Source: Lysobacterales bacterium (GTDB taxonomy: Bacteria > Pseudomonadota > Gammaproteobacteria > Xanthomonadales > Xanthomonadaceae). From it: a stretch of 64,000 nucleotides of DNA. Under the pieces are notes generated by a model. The model searched no databases. It was not told where the DNA came from and saw only the letters and a list, made by a program, of their open reading frames with translations. Position numbers and translations under genes: made by a program. The stretch is taken from contig JBBQHK010000012.1 in NCBI GenBank assembly GCA_038323895.1, positions 170 to 64,169 on the forward strand, read 5' to 3'. Each line of letters begins with the position of its first letter. The first letter of the stretch is position 1. Below are positions 21,443-31,684 of the stretch, piece by piece.

Positions 21443-22735
21443 TCAGAGATTGCGTCGAGCGGTGATCAGCAGGTTGCCGAACATCAGCCCCGCCAGGAGC
21501 GCCATCAACGTGTTCAATGCCGCGATCGCGGCCTCCTGGCCGGCGCCGATATCCTGCGCCTGCACCAGTGAAATCACGCTGCGCAGCGCCACGCTTCCCG
21601 GCACCAGCATGATGATGCCGGGCAGCCGCACCAGCGCGCCCGGGCGGTTGGACAGGCGCGCATAGACATTGCCGGCGGCGGTCATGGCAAGCGCGGCCAG
21701 GAACACTCCGGCTGGCGCCCCGAACGCTTCGCCACCGAAGCGCGAGATCATGTAACCCGCGATGGCGGCGGACATCACCAGCGGATAATCCCTGCGGTTC
21801 GCGCGGAACAGCACGGCGAATGCGTAGGCACCGGTCACCAGCGCGGTCCACACCACCCACTCCGGCTGTGGGCGCGAGGCGCGCACGACCGGTTCCAGCC
21901 CCACCAGGGACGCCAGGTTCAAGGCGATCGCGGTGCCAATGGTGAGTTTCAGGATGGTGGTCATGGCGCCCGCGAAGCGCGCCGTCCCCGATACCAGATG
22001 ACGGCTGGTCAGCTCATTCATGGCGTTGGTCAGCGCCATGCCCGGCAACAACACGATCAATGAAGCGATGATCACGGTATTGAGGTTGAGGGAGCCGACC
22101 AGGCTGGCGACCAGGATCGCCACCGTGCCGGCGATCAGTCCGGCGATCGCCTCGGAGGCTTCCGACAGGCGCGGCCGCGACTGGGCGGCAACATCCAACA
22201 GACCGATCATCAGGCCAATGACGCCTGCGGTGCCAATATCCAGCCAAGGCAGCCGCAGCAGCCCGGCAACCGCCGCCGATGCCAACCCGAATCCCAGTAC
22301 CTGCGCCAGCCGGCCACGCCAACCAACCCCGCGCAGCAGTGCGCGCAAGGCCGCGCGACCGGCCGGCACATCCAGGGCACCGGCCATGACCTGTTCGGCG
22401 ATCCGGTCGGTCTCGCACAACCGGTACAGGTCCGTGTCCCCGGATCCCAGGCGCACCACGCGGGTGGTGTCGGACATTCCGGCGGGCCGCGACGGGTCAC
22501 TGAAGGCCAGCACCATGCCGGTCGGATTGACCCAAGGCTCGCACTCCAGCCCCAGCCGCCTGGCCACCAATTCAATCGCCCCTTCCATGCGCTGCACGGT
22601 GGTGCCGTAGGCATGCAGGCGCTCGGCAAGGTCCACGACGAAAGCGATACGCTCCACATAACCGGCATCGGTATGGGCGGGTGCAAGGGTGTCGTCGGGC
22701 TGCATGTCGGCTAGGATCGCATGCGTGACTATCAT
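21443..22735 (-). CDS. Threonine/serine exporter (ThrE family)
   Basis: LHAYGTT, LLPGMALTNAMNEL, PGIIMLVPGS, about 10 TM segments; start uncertain. Confidence 0.85.
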   Translation of the reverse strand: MIVTHAILADMQPDDTLAPAHTDAGYVERIAFVVDLAERLHAYGTTVQRMEGAIELVARRLGLECEPWVNPTGMVLAFSDPSRPAGMSDTTRVVRLGSGDTDLYRLCETDRIAEQVMAGALDVPAGRAALRALLRGVGWRGRLAQVLGFGLASAAVAGLLRLPWLDIGTAGVIGLMIGLLDVAAQSRPRLSEASEAIAGLIAGTVAILVASLVGSLNLNTVIIASLIVLLPGMALTNAMNELTSRHLVSGTARFAGAMTTILKLTIGTAIALNLASLVGLEPVVRASRPQPEWVVWTALVTGAYAFAVLFRANRRDYPLVMSAAIAGYMISRFGGEAFGAPAGVFLAALAMTAAGNVYARLSNRPGALVRLPGIIMLVPGSVALRSVISLVQAQDIGAGQEAAIAALNTLMALLAGLMFGNLLITARRNL

Positions 22736-22828
22736 TCACATGCCCGAATTCGCGCTGCTTCCTCGACATCTTCGCGCACTGCCGCGGTCGGGTTGCGTAA
22801 GCTTGACGCGAACAAACGCAGGGCTTGA

Positions 22829-23950
22829 ATGAGCAACGCACCGAACCATAACCCGCCGTCAGTAGCGGTCGATCCCGGTGACGCGACGCGCGTGCGGCTG
22901 TCCGGCCGCTGGACGTTGCGCTACGCCAACGAGATCGGCGAGATCCTGCGTGGCGTGCCTGAAGGCATTGCCGACGTTGACGCCACTGGCGTTGAGCGCC
23001 TGGACACGCTGGGCGTGCTGCAACTTTTGCGCTACGCCGACCGCCGGGACCTTGACTTCCAGCATTTCAGCTTCCGCGACGATCACCACACGCTGATTGA
23101 AGCGATCGAGGACGTCCACGACCAGCGTCCCAAGCGCAAGCGCGATACCGGCTTCAAGGCTGCGGTGGGCCGGCTGGGTTTCGCGGTGGTCGACAACGGC
23201 CGCGAAGTGATGGCGCTGGTCGCCTTCCTCGGCGAGGTCATGGTCAAGATGTTGCGCCTGGTCAAGGAGCCACGCCGGTTCCGGTTGACCGCGACCGTCC
23301 ACCACATGGAACAGGTCGGCCTGGACGCAGTGCCGCTGGTGGCGCTGCTGTCGTTCATGGTGGGCGCGGTGATCGCCTTCCTTGGGGCAATGGTCCTGCG
23401 CGATTTCGGCGCCCAGATCTTCGTGGTGGAGCTGGTCAATGCCGCCTTCCTGCGGGAGTTCGGGGTCCTGCTGACCGCAATCCTTCTGGCAGGCCGCACT
23501 GCCAGCGCATTCACCGCGCAGATCGGCATGATGGTCAACCGCGAGGAAGTCGATGCGATCCGCGTGCTTGGCCTGGACCCGATCGACCTGCTGGTCATCC
23601 CGCGCGTGCTGGCATTGCTGGCGATGCTGCCACTGCTGACCTTCATTGCGATGGTGGCTGGCCTGGCCGGAGGCATGGCAGTCGGCGCGTTCAACCTCGA
23701 CATCCCGGCGGTCGCCTACCTGGCGCGCATGCAGGAAACAATGAACCTGGACAATTTCGTGGTCGGGATGGTCAAGGCGCCGATCTTCGCGATCCTCATT
23801 GCGCTGATCGGCTGCCTGGAAGGCCTGCAGACCGAGGGCACCGCGCAATCGCTGGGCGAGCGCACTACCTCCAGCGTGGTGCAATCCATCGCGATGGTGA
23901 TCGTGATCGATGCCTTCGCGGCGCTGTGGTTCATGCAGATGGACTACTGA
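22829..23950 (+). CDS. MlaE-family ABC permease with N-terminal STAS-like domain
   Basis: LREFGVLLTAILLAGRTASAFTAQIG, EEVDAIRVLG, GERTTSSVV. Confidence 0.9.
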   Translation: MSNAPNHNPPSVAVDPGDATRVRLSGRWTLRYANEIGEILRGVPEGIADVDATGVERLDTLGVLQLLRYADRRDLDFQHFSFRDDHHTLIEAIEDVHDQRPKRKRDTGFKAAVGRLGFAVVDNGREVMALVAFLGEVMVKMLRLVKEPRRFRLTATVHHMEQVGLDAVPLVALLSFMVGAVIAFLGAMVLRDFGAQIFVVELVNAAFLREFGVLLTAILLAGRTASAFTAQIGMMVNREEVDAIRVLGLDPIDLLVIPRVLALLAMLPLLTFIAMVAGLAGGMAVGAFNLDIPAVAYLARMQETMNLDNFVVGMVKAPIFAILIALIGCLEGLQTEGTAQSLGERTTSSVVQSIAMVIVIDAFAALWFMQMDY

Positions 23951-24792
23951 TGGCGACTGAACAAGTTTCAGCGAGCGAGGCGAGCGCGCCGAATCCGGGA
24001 CGTACGCTGGACGGCGTCGTCATCGGCGACAAACCGCTGATCAAAGTGCGCGGGCTGGTAAACCGCTTCGACGAGCAAGTCGTGCATGACGGCGTCGACC
24101 TCGACGTGCGGCGCGGCGAGATCATCGGCGTGGTTGGTGGATCAGGCAGCGGCAAGTCGGTGCTCATGCGCTCGATCCTCGGGCTGCGCGAGCCAAACGA
24201 GGGGCGTATCGATGTGCTGGGCGTGGACGCCCTTTCGAAGGACCGGATCACCCGTCGCCATATCGAGCGCAACACCGGCGTGCTGTTCCAGGACGGCGCC
24301 CTGTTCTCTTCGCTGACAGTTGGCGAGAACGTGCAGGTACCGCTCAAGGAGTATTACCCGGACCTGCAGGACTCGCTGCGCTATGAACTGGCCCTGCTCA
24401 AGATCAAGCTGGCCGGCCTGCCTGCCGATGCGCTGGACAAGCTGCCCTCGCAGCTCTCCGGCGGCATGCGCAAGCGCGCCGGACTGGCGCGCGCGCTGGC
24501 GCTGGATCCACCGCTGCTGTTCCTGGATGAACCGACTGCCGGACTTGACCCGATCGGCGCGGCCGCATTCGACGACTTGATCCGCACCCTGCAACAGGCG
24601 CTTGGCCTGACGGTATTCCTGATCACACACGACCTCGACACGCTTTACGCTATCTGTGACCGGGTGGCGGTGCTTGCAGACCGTAAAGTGGTTGCCGTAG
24701 CGCCTGTGCAAGAGCTGGAAACGCTGGACCATCCTTGGGTCAAGGAATATTTCAACGGCCCACGTGGGCGAGCTGCGCGCGACGCGCGCTGA
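23950..24792 (+). CDS. MlaF-family ABC ATPase
   Basis: GGSGSGKS, LSGGMRKRAGLARA, DEPTAGLDP; TGATG coupling to upstream gene. Confidence 0.9.
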   Translation: MATEQVSASEASAPNPGRTLDGVVIGDKPLIKVRGLVNRFDEQVVHDGVDLDVRRGEIIGVVGGSGSGKSVLMRSILGLREPNEGRIDVLGVDALSKDRITRRHIERNTGVLFQDGALFSSLTVGENVQVPLKEYYPDLQDSLRYELALLKIKLAGLPADALDKLPSQLSGGMRKRAGLARALALDPPLLFLDEPTAGLDPIGAAAFDDLIRTLQQALGLTVFLITHDLDTLYAICDRVAVLADRKVVAVAPVQELETLDHPWVKEYFNGPRGRAARDAR

Positions 24793-24806
24793 AAAGGAAG
24801 AGTGCA

Positions 24807-25733
24807 ATGGAAACCCGTGCCAACTACGTCCTGATCGGCGGCTTCACCATCCTGGCAACCGTGTGCCTGCTGATGTTCGCGCTGTGGGCGGCCAAATTCT
24901 CCTCCGACCGCAACTGGCGCCAGTACAAAGTCATCTTCACCGAGCCCGTGACCGGCCTGACCGAGGGTGGCGGCGTGCAGTACAACGGCATCAGCGTGGG
25001 CACGGTCGACGACCTGAGCCTGGCGCCGGATGATGCGCGCAAGGTGATTGCCCTGCTCAAGGTCCAGGCCGACACGCCGGTCAAGATCGATACCCGCGCC
25101 AAGCTGTCGCAGCAGGGCATTACAGGCCAGCCTTTCATCCAGCTCACCGGGGGCAGTCCGGAAACCGCACGGCTGGAACCCGATGCGAGCGGCGAGATCC
25201 CGATCATCCGCACCGAGCCCTCCGCCTTGCAGAACATCGCCGACACCGCCAACCGGCTGGTAGCACGCATGGACCAGCTGATCAGCGAGGAGAACATCGC
25301 CAAACTCAGCGCAACCATTGACCATCTGGAACAGGCTACGGGCAGTGTTGCCGGCCAGCGCGAGGACATCGCCGCATTGATCGTCAATGCGCGCAAGGCC
25401 ACCGAAACGCTGCAGGTCACCCTGGCCACCGCCAATGGCTCGCTGGACAAGATTGACCGCACCGTGGTCGATCAGCTGCCGGCATTGATGAGCAAGTTGG
25501 ATGCCACTGTCGGCAACCTCGACTCGGTGGCCGGCAATGCCAATGCAATGATCGCCGAGAACCGCCCGGCGCTGCAGAGCTTCGCCAATGACGGCCTGTC
25601 CCAATTGGGCCCGACATTGGCGGACCTGCGCGCCCTGATCCGCGACCTGCGCCGGGTCACCGACCGTCTTGATGGCGGGCCAGCAAAGTACATCCTCGGC
25701 CGCGACGCACCCAAGGAGTTCGAACCCGAATGA
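24807..25733 (+). CDS. MlaD/MCE-domain protein with helical extension
   Basis: METRANYVLIG, VTGLTEGGGVQYNGISVG, GITGQPFIQL. Confidence 0.9.
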   Translation: METRANYVLIGGFTILATVCLLMFALWAAKFSSDRNWRQYKVIFTEPVTGLTEGGGVQYNGISVGTVDDLSLAPDDARKVIALLKVQADTPVKIDTRAKLSQQGITGQPFIQLTGGSPETARLEPDASGEIPIIRTEPSALQNIADTANRLVARMDQLISEENIAKLSATIDHLEQATGSVAGQREDIAALIVNARKATETLQVTLATANGSLDKIDRTVVDQLPALMSKLDATVGNLDSVAGNANAMIAENRPALQSFANDGLSQLGPTLADLRALIRDLRRVTDRLDGGPAKYILGRDAPKEFEPE

Positions 25734-26386
25734 GCAAGCAACCTTCTATAACCGCCGTGGCCTCGGCTCTGAGCATGTGCCTCCTGCCTGTAATGCTTGG
25801 CGGCTGCGCGCTGCTGGGATCCAAGGACCCGACAACGATCTACGCACCCGACCCGCGCGTCGAGGCAGACCCGTCCTGGCCCCGTGTCGGCTGGCAACTG
25901 AGCACCACCCGCCCGACTGCGGCGCGCATGATGGACAGCCTGCGCATCGCGGTCAGCCCGGTGCCGGGCGAGTTGCAGGTCTACAAGAATGCGTCCTGGG
26001 CGCGTACGCCCACTGAGATGATCGAAGACGGCGTTCTGCGTGTACTGGAAGACTCCGGGAAGATCCCGGCGGTCGCACGCCAGGGCAGCGGCATCGGTGC
26101 GGATTACAGGCTGGTGATGGACCTGCGCGATTTCGGAGCCGACTACGCAGGCGCCGCCGTGCCCTCCGCGGTGATCGAAGTGAATGTCAAGCTGCTGCAT
26201 TCGCACGATCAAACCGTGGTCAGCAGCCGCACGTTCCGGCAAGCGCAACCCGCCGCCGGGACCGATGTCAGCCTGGTTGCCGACGCCTTCACGCAGGCGC
26301 TGGGTGCAACCACGCATGACATCGCTGGCTGGGTCCTGACCACCGGGCAGGCGCACGAAATGAAGCACCCCAGCGAAAAGCATTGA
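25730..26386 (+). CDS. ABC-type transport auxiliary lipoprotein (PqiC-like)
   Basis: Lipobox LGGC, ASWARTP; last gene of the MCE operon. Confidence 0.8.
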   Translation: MSKQPSITAVASALSMCLLPVMLGGCALLGSKDPTTIYAPDPRVEADPSWPRVGWQLSTTRPTAARMMDSLRIAVSPVPGELQVYKNASWARTPTEMIEDGVLRVLEDSGKIPAVARQGSGIGADYRLVMDLRDFGADYAGAAVPSAVIEVNVKLLHSHDQTVVSSRTFRQAQPAAGTDVSLVADAFTQALGATTHDIAGWVLTTGQAHEMKHPSEKH

Positions 26387-26479
26387 GTCGCGCCAGCAAC
26401 CACACACTTCGCCGCATTTGCCGCATCCGCTGAAACCCCGGAAAATCGGCTGATTGGCGAAACTGCCTGGGAGAGTTGC

Positions 26480-28135
26480 GTGAGCGAAGCCGAACAGATC
26501 AACGTTGCTGTCACAGAGCGCGACGTGATGGAGTACGACGTCGTGACCGTCGGCGCGGGGCCTGCGGGCCTTGCGTTCGCGATCCGGCTCAAGCAGCTCA
26601 ATCCGGATATTTCGGTCTGCGTGATTGAGAAGGCCAGCACCATCGGCGCGCATATCCTGTCCGGGGCGGTGATCGAAACCGATCCGCTCGATGCATTGCT
26701 GCCCGAGTGGCGGAAGAGCCCGCCGCCGATCTGCGTGGACGCCACCGACGACGAATTCTGGCTGCTCAGCAAGACCGGTGGCCGCAGGCTGCCGGTACCG
26801 CCGGGCATGCACAACAAGGGCAATGTGATCGTCAGCCTGGGCGCGATGTGCGCCTGGTTGGCGCCGCAGGCCGAAGCACTGGGCGTGGAGATTTATCCCG
26901 GTTTCGCTGCCTCCGAAATCCTGCATGACGACACGTCTGATGGACGCGTGGGCGCCGTGATTGGCGTGCGCATCGGCGACATGGGCGTGGCCAAGGACGG
27001 ATCGCACAAGCCCGGATACACCGCCGGCATCGATATCCGCGCCAAGGTCACCGTGCTGGCCGAGGGCGCGCGGGGAAGCTTGACCAAAAGGCTGATTCAG
27101 CACTTCAAATTGGATGCCGGCTGCGATCCCCAGGGCTATTCGATCGGCATCAAGGAACTGTGGCAGGTGCCGGAGGAGCGCGTCTGCCCCGGCAAGATCG
27201 TGCACAGCTTCGGCTGGCCGGCCGACAGCCACACGTATGGCGGCAGCTTCCTGTACCACCTGGACAAGGGCCGTATCGCGCTGGGGTATGTCAGCGGACT
27301 GGACTACAGCGATCCCGAATACAACCCGTGGGAAGCCTTCCAGCAGTGGAAGAATCACCCGATGATCCAGCCGCTACTGGAAGGCGGCAGTATTCTTTCC
27401 GCCGGCGCGCGGGCGATTGTCACCGGCGGCTATCAGTCATTGCCAAAATGCGAGATGCCCGGCGCGCTGCTGATCGGCGACACCGCCGGTCTGCTCAACG
27501 TGCCGAAGGTGAAGGGCACCCATCAGGCGATCCGCAGCGGCATGCTTGCCGCCGAACACCTGGTCGCTTCGCAACTCAGCGCCGACGGATTCGACGCCAA
27601 GCTGCGCGCATCCGATGCCATGGACGAACTGCGCTCCGTGCGCAACATCAAGCCTGGCTTCAAGCGCGGCCTGTGGTTCGGCATGTTGAACGCCGCATGG
27701 GAAACGCTGACCGGAGGACGCTCGCCGTGGACGCTGAAGAACACGCCGGACTGGTCGTCCATGCACAAGCTCGGCGAATGCGAGGAACCCAGGCGTGACT
27801 ATGTTGATCGCACACTTGCGCCGCGTGATCGACTGGCCAGCGTCTATTTCGCCACCACGGAGCATGACGAAGACCAGCCGGTGCACCTGCTGGTTTCCGA
27901 CACCGACATCTGCGCGACCCGCTGCGTGGTCGAATACGACAACCCGTGCACGCGCTTCTGTCCCGCCGCTGTCTACGAGATGGTGGCCGATGCCGATGCA
28001 CCGCATGGCAAGCGTCTGCATATCAATGCCGCCAACTGCGTGCACTGCAAGACATGCGACATCAAGGACCCGTACGAAATCATCACCTGGGTCACGCCGG
28101 AAGGCGGCAGCGGCCCCAACTACCAGAACCTCTGA
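26480..28135 (+). CDS. Electron transfer flavoprotein-ubiquinone oxidoreductase
   Basis: GAGPAG FAD motif, GAHILSGA, C-terminal 4Fe-4S (CTRFCPA, NCVHCKTCDIKDP, EGGSGPNY). Confidence 0.95.
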   Translation: MSEAEQINVAVTERDVMEYDVVTVGAGPAGLAFAIRLKQLNPDISVCVIEKASTIGAHILSGAVIETDPLDALLPEWRKSPPPICVDATDDEFWLLSKTGGRRLPVPPGMHNKGNVIVSLGAMCAWLAPQAEALGVEIYPGFAASEILHDDTSDGRVGAVIGVRIGDMGVAKDGSHKPGYTAGIDIRAKVTVLAEGARGSLTKRLIQHFKLDAGCDPQGYSIGIKELWQVPEERVCPGKIVHSFGWPADSHTYGGSFLYHLDKGRIALGYVSGLDYSDPEYNPWEAFQQWKNHPMIQPLLEGGSILSAGARAIVTGGYQSLPKCEMPGALLIGDTAGLLNVPKVKGTHQAIRSGMLAAEHLVASQLSADGFDAKLRASDAMDELRSVRNIKPGFKRGLWFGMLNAAWETLTGGRSPWTLKNTPDWSSMHKLGECEEPRRDYVDRTLAPRDRLASVYFATTEHDEDQPVHLLVSDTDICATRCVVEYDNPCTRFCPAAVYEMVADADAPHGKRLHINAANCVHCKTCDIKDPYEIITWVTPEGGSGPNYQNL

Positions 28136-28145
28136 GGCATGAAAT

Positions 28146-28172
28146 GAAAAAGCCGCCCAACGGCGGCATTTT
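28146..28172. terminator. Probable bidirectional terminator
   Basis: GAAAA-GCCGCC-caac-GGCGGC-ATTTTC between convergent genes. Confidence 0.6.
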
Positions 28173-28277
28173 CGTACCAGAGGATGAATCCGGGTCGGCG
28201 AGACCGTCGGGTGAATCGCGAAGCAGCATTTGAGCCGCGTAGCGAACACCCGGCGGTAGGCGCCGACGTGCCGACGA

Positions 28278-28904
28278 TCAGTGCAACGGCACGCCAGTCT
28301 TTTCGGCTGCTTCCTCGCGGCTCACACCCTCGGCAAGTTCGACCAGCTTCAGGCCATCCGGGGTCACGTCGAACACGCCCAGTTCGGTAATGATGCGGTC
28401 GACCACCGCCACCCCGGTCAGGGGCAACGTGCATTGCGGCAGGATCTTCGAGCTACCGGACTTTGTGGTGTGCTCCATCAGCACCACCACGCGCTTGACC
28501 CCGGCCACCAGGTCCATGGCCCCGCCCATGCCCTTGACCATCTTGCCGGGCACCATCCAGTTGGCAAGGTCGCCCTGGTCGGTGACTTCCATCGCGCCCA
28601 GGATCGCCAGGTCGATGTGGCCGCCGCGGATCATTGCGAACGAGTCCTGGCTGCTGAAATAGCTGGCACCCGGCACCGCGGTCACGGTCTGCTTGCCGGC
28701 ATTGATCAGGTCGGCGTCGAGCTCATCCTCGGTCGGGAACGGGCCGATGCCCAAAAGTCCATTCTCGCTCTGCAACCAGACATGCATGCCGTCGGGGATG
28801 TGGTTGGCCACCAGCGTCGGCAATCCAATCCCCAGGTTCACGTAGGCGCCATCGGAGAGCTCCAGCGCGGCGCGCTGCGCCATCTCATCGCGGGTCCAGG
28901 CCAT
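28278..28904 (-). CDS. scoB: 3-oxoacid CoA-transferase subunit B
   Basis: [31 protein letters not shown]. Confidence 0.92.
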   Translation of the reverse strand: MAWTRDEMAQRAALELSDGAYVNLGIGLPTLVANHIPDGMHVWLQSENGLLGIGPFPTEDELDADLINAGKQTVTAVPGASYFSSQDSFAMIRGGHIDLAILGAMEVTDQGDLANWMVPGKMVKGMGGAMDLVAGVKRVVVLMEHTTKSGSSKILPQCTLPLTGVAVVDRIITELGVFDVTPDGLKLVELAEGVSREEAAEKTGVPLH

Positions 28905-29037
28905 TCGATTTTTCTCCCTTCGTCTAGTGGATGGCAGCCATCCACGGCGTACCACATTGATGTCCCGAATCCCGGCCCAGCCATCCCTGGCTGGGCGTTT
29001 GCCAGCGCGCGAGCCAGTGGCTCGCAGCGCGCTGGAC

Positions 29038-29751
29038 TCACCCCGAGGAGCGCACGGTGCGCTGTTCGATGCGTTTTTCCGGCGTTGCATTGACCACGAT
29101 GCGATCCACATAGATGCCGGCCAGGTGCACCTGGTCCGGATCGATATCACCGATCTCGACCAGTTCCTCGACTTCGACCACGCAAGTCTTGCCGGCCATG
29201 GCGACGGCCGGGTTGAAGTTGCGGGCGGTTTTGCGGAACTGAAGGTTTCCGGCCTTGTCGGCCTTCCACGCCTTGACCAGCGAGACATCCGCCTTCAACG
29301 CAGTCTCCAGCACGTACCAGCGGCCGTCGATCTCGCGGGTCTCCTTGCCGTCGGCCACGATCGTGCCGTAGCCGGTGGCGGTGAAGAACGCGGGGATGCC
29401 CGCGCCGCCGGCGCGCAGGCGCTCGGCGAGGGTGCCCTGCGGGTTGAACTCAAGCTCCAGTTCGCCGCCCAGGTACTGGCGTTCGAATTCCTTGTTCTCG
29501 CCCACGTAGGACGAAATCATCTTCTTGATCTGGCGGGTTTCCAGAAGTTGGCCCAGGCCGAAGCCGTCCACGCCGGCATTGTTGGAAATGACAGTCAGCC
29601 CCTTGGCGCCGGAATCCCGCAACGCAGCGATCAGTGCCTCGGGGATGCCGCACAGGCCGAAGCCGCCCACGGCAAGGGTTTGACCATCCGCCACCAGTCC
29701 GGAAAGGGCGGTCTCGGCATCTCTGTAGTGCTTGCTCTTGGCAACAGCCAC
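29038..29751 (-). CDS. scoA: 3-oxoacid CoA-transferase subunit A
   Basis: [33 protein letters not shown]; GTG start after GGAG. Confidence 0.92.
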   Translation of the reverse strand: MAVAKSKHYRDAETALSGLVADGQTLAVGGFGLCGIPEALIAALRDSGAKGLTVISNNAGVDGFGLGQLLETRQIKKMISSYVGENKEFERQYLGGELELEFNPQGTLAERLRAGGAGIPAFFTATGYGTIVADGKETREIDGRWYVLETALKADVSLVKAWKADKAGNLQFRKTARNFNPAVAMAGKTCVVEVEELVEIGDIDPDQVHLAGIYVDRIVVNATPEKRIEQRTVRSSG

Positions 29752-29974
29752 GGCATGCTCCTGTTGATTGAAGACGCGGTACAAGCGATACGACACAAGC
29801 CTCATTCTAACGGCTGCATGGGTTCGGCCTCACCGTACCTTCGGACAGGTGTGCCGCATCGGGCGCGTGCACGCGTGCAGGCCGCGATGGCTCACCTGCA
29901 ACATACGCCGGCGTCCGTTAAAATGACGGGCTGGCCAATCCGGCCGAAGCTGCAAGCACAGGATTCAACGAACG

Positions 29975-30721
29975 ATGAAGATTCTGGTCGGCTACAAGCG
30001 CGTGGTGGACTACAACGTCCGCATCCAGGTCAAGCCGGACGGGTCAGGCGTGGTCACCGATGGCGTCAAGCTGTCGCCGAACCCGTTTGATGACATCGCG
30101 CTGGAAGAGGCGCTGCGTCTGCGCGACAAGGGCATTGCCACCGAAGTGATTGTCGCCACGATTGCACCCGCAGATGCCCAGCCGCACCTGCGCAACGGTT
30201 TGGCGATGGGCGCCAACCGCGCCATCCACGTGGTTGTGGACGGGCCGATCCAGTCGCTGACCGCCGCCCGCACCTTCCTCAAGCTGATCGAGAAGGAACA
30301 GCCCGACCTGGTGATCCTGGGCAAGCAGGCGATCGACGACGACGCCAGCCAGACCGGACAGATGCTGGCCACGTTGTGGGGTCGCCCGCAGGCCACGTTC
30401 GCATCCAAGCTCGACATCGCAGACGGCAAGGCCACCGTGGTGCGCGAAGTCGATGCCGGCCTGGAAACGCTGGAAGTCGACCTGCCCGCGGTGATCACCA
30501 CCGACCTGCGCCTGAACGAGCCGCGCTTCATCAAGCTGCCGGACATCATGAAGGCCAAGAGCAAGCCGATGGAGACGATTGCCTTCGCCGATCTCGGCGT
30601 TGATACCGGCGACACATTGAAGACAACCCACTACGCGGCGCCTGCCAAACGCAGCCGCGGGGTGATGGTGAAGGACTCGGCAGAACTGGTCGCTGCACTC
30701 AAGCAGAAGGGGTTGCTGTAA
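29975..30721 (+). CDS. etfB: Electron transfer flavoprotein beta subunit
   Basis: MKILVGYKRVVD, NPFD, GKQAIDDD, DLRLNEPR. Confidence 0.96.
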   Translation: MKILVGYKRVVDYNVRIQVKPDGSGVVTDGVKLSPNPFDDIALEEALRLRDKGIATEVIVATIAPADAQPHLRNGLAMGANRAIHVVVDGPIQSLTAARTFLKLIEKEQPDLVILGKQAIDDDASQTGQMLATLWGRPQATFASKLDIADGKATVVREVDAGLETLEVDLPAVITTDLRLNEPRFIKLPDIMKAKSKPMETIAFADLGVDTGDTLKTTHYAAPAKRSRGVMVKDSAELVAALKQKGLL

Positions 30722-31662
30722 TGAGCAAGGTACTGATCGTTGCCGAACACCTGGACGGCAAGCTCAACGCCGCCACCGCAAAGTGCGTATCCGCTGCGCA
30801 GGCGTTGAACGCGGAGTCCATTGACATCGTGGTGCTGGCCGCGGATCCCGCTGCCGTCGCCGCCCAAGCCGCGCAGATCGCCGGCGTCGCCAAGGTAGTC
30901 ACCGTGGTCAATGCCGCCAACGCGCATGCCATCGCCCAGGTGCTGGCTCCGCAGGTGGCACAGGTCGCCGCCGGTTATACGCACGTGTTCGCTCCCAGCA
31001 CCACGTTCGGCAAGGACCTGATGCCCTGCGTCGCCGCCCTGCTCGGCGTGGCCCAGGTCTCCGACGTGATGAGCGTCGAGGGCAGCCACACGTTCAAGCG
31101 CCCGATCTACGCCGGCAACGCGATCGTTACCGTCGAAGCGCCGGCGGATCACGCCGTTGTCGCCACCGTACGTGCGGCCTCGTGGCCGGAAGCGCCGGGT
31201 GGCGGCAGCGCTGCTGTGGAAGCAGTCAGTGTCGACGCCGCCCTGCCGACGCATACCCGCTTCATCGGCCTGGCCGCCGGCAGTTCCGAGCGCCCCGACC
31301 TGCAAAGCGCGAAGCGCGTGGTCTCCGGCGGCCGCGGTGTTGGCTCGCAGGAGAACTTCAAGATCATCTACGACTTCGCCGACAAGCTCGGCGCGGCAGT
31401 CGGCGCTTCGCGCGCGGCGGTGGATGCCGGCTACGTGCCGAACGAATTGCAGGTCGGCCAGACCGGGAAGATTATCGCCCCGGAACTCTACGTGGCCATC
31501 GGCATCAGTGGCGCGATCCAGCATCTGACCGGGATAAAGGATGCCGGCACGATTGTCGCGATCAACAAGGACGGCGACGCGCCGATCTTCGAGATCGCCG
31601 ACATCGGCCTGGTTGGTGACCTGTTCACGGTACTGCCTGAGTTGCAGGCGGCGCTGGGCTGA
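30721..31662 (+). CDS. etfA: Electron transfer flavoprotein alpha subunit
   Basis: VSGGRG, GASRAAVDAG, QVGQTGK, GISGAIQH, AINKD. Confidence 0.96.
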   Translation: MSKVLIVAEHLDGKLNAATAKCVSAAQALNAESIDIVVLAADPAAVAAQAAQIAGVAKVVTVVNAANAHAIAQVLAPQVAQVAAGYTHVFAPSTTFGKDLMPCVAALLGVAQVSDVMSVEGSHTFKRPIYAGNAIVTVEAPADHAVVATVRAASWPEAPGGGSAAVEAVSVDAALPTHTRFIGLAAGSSERPDLQSAKRVVSGGRGVGSQENFKIIYDFADKLGAAVGASRAAVDAGYVPNELQVGQTGKIIAPELYVAIGISGAIQHLTGIKDAGTIVAINKDGDAPIFEIADIGLVGDLFTVLPELQAALG

Positions 31663-31684
31663 CCGCTGGCGCTTTCGCTGCGCC

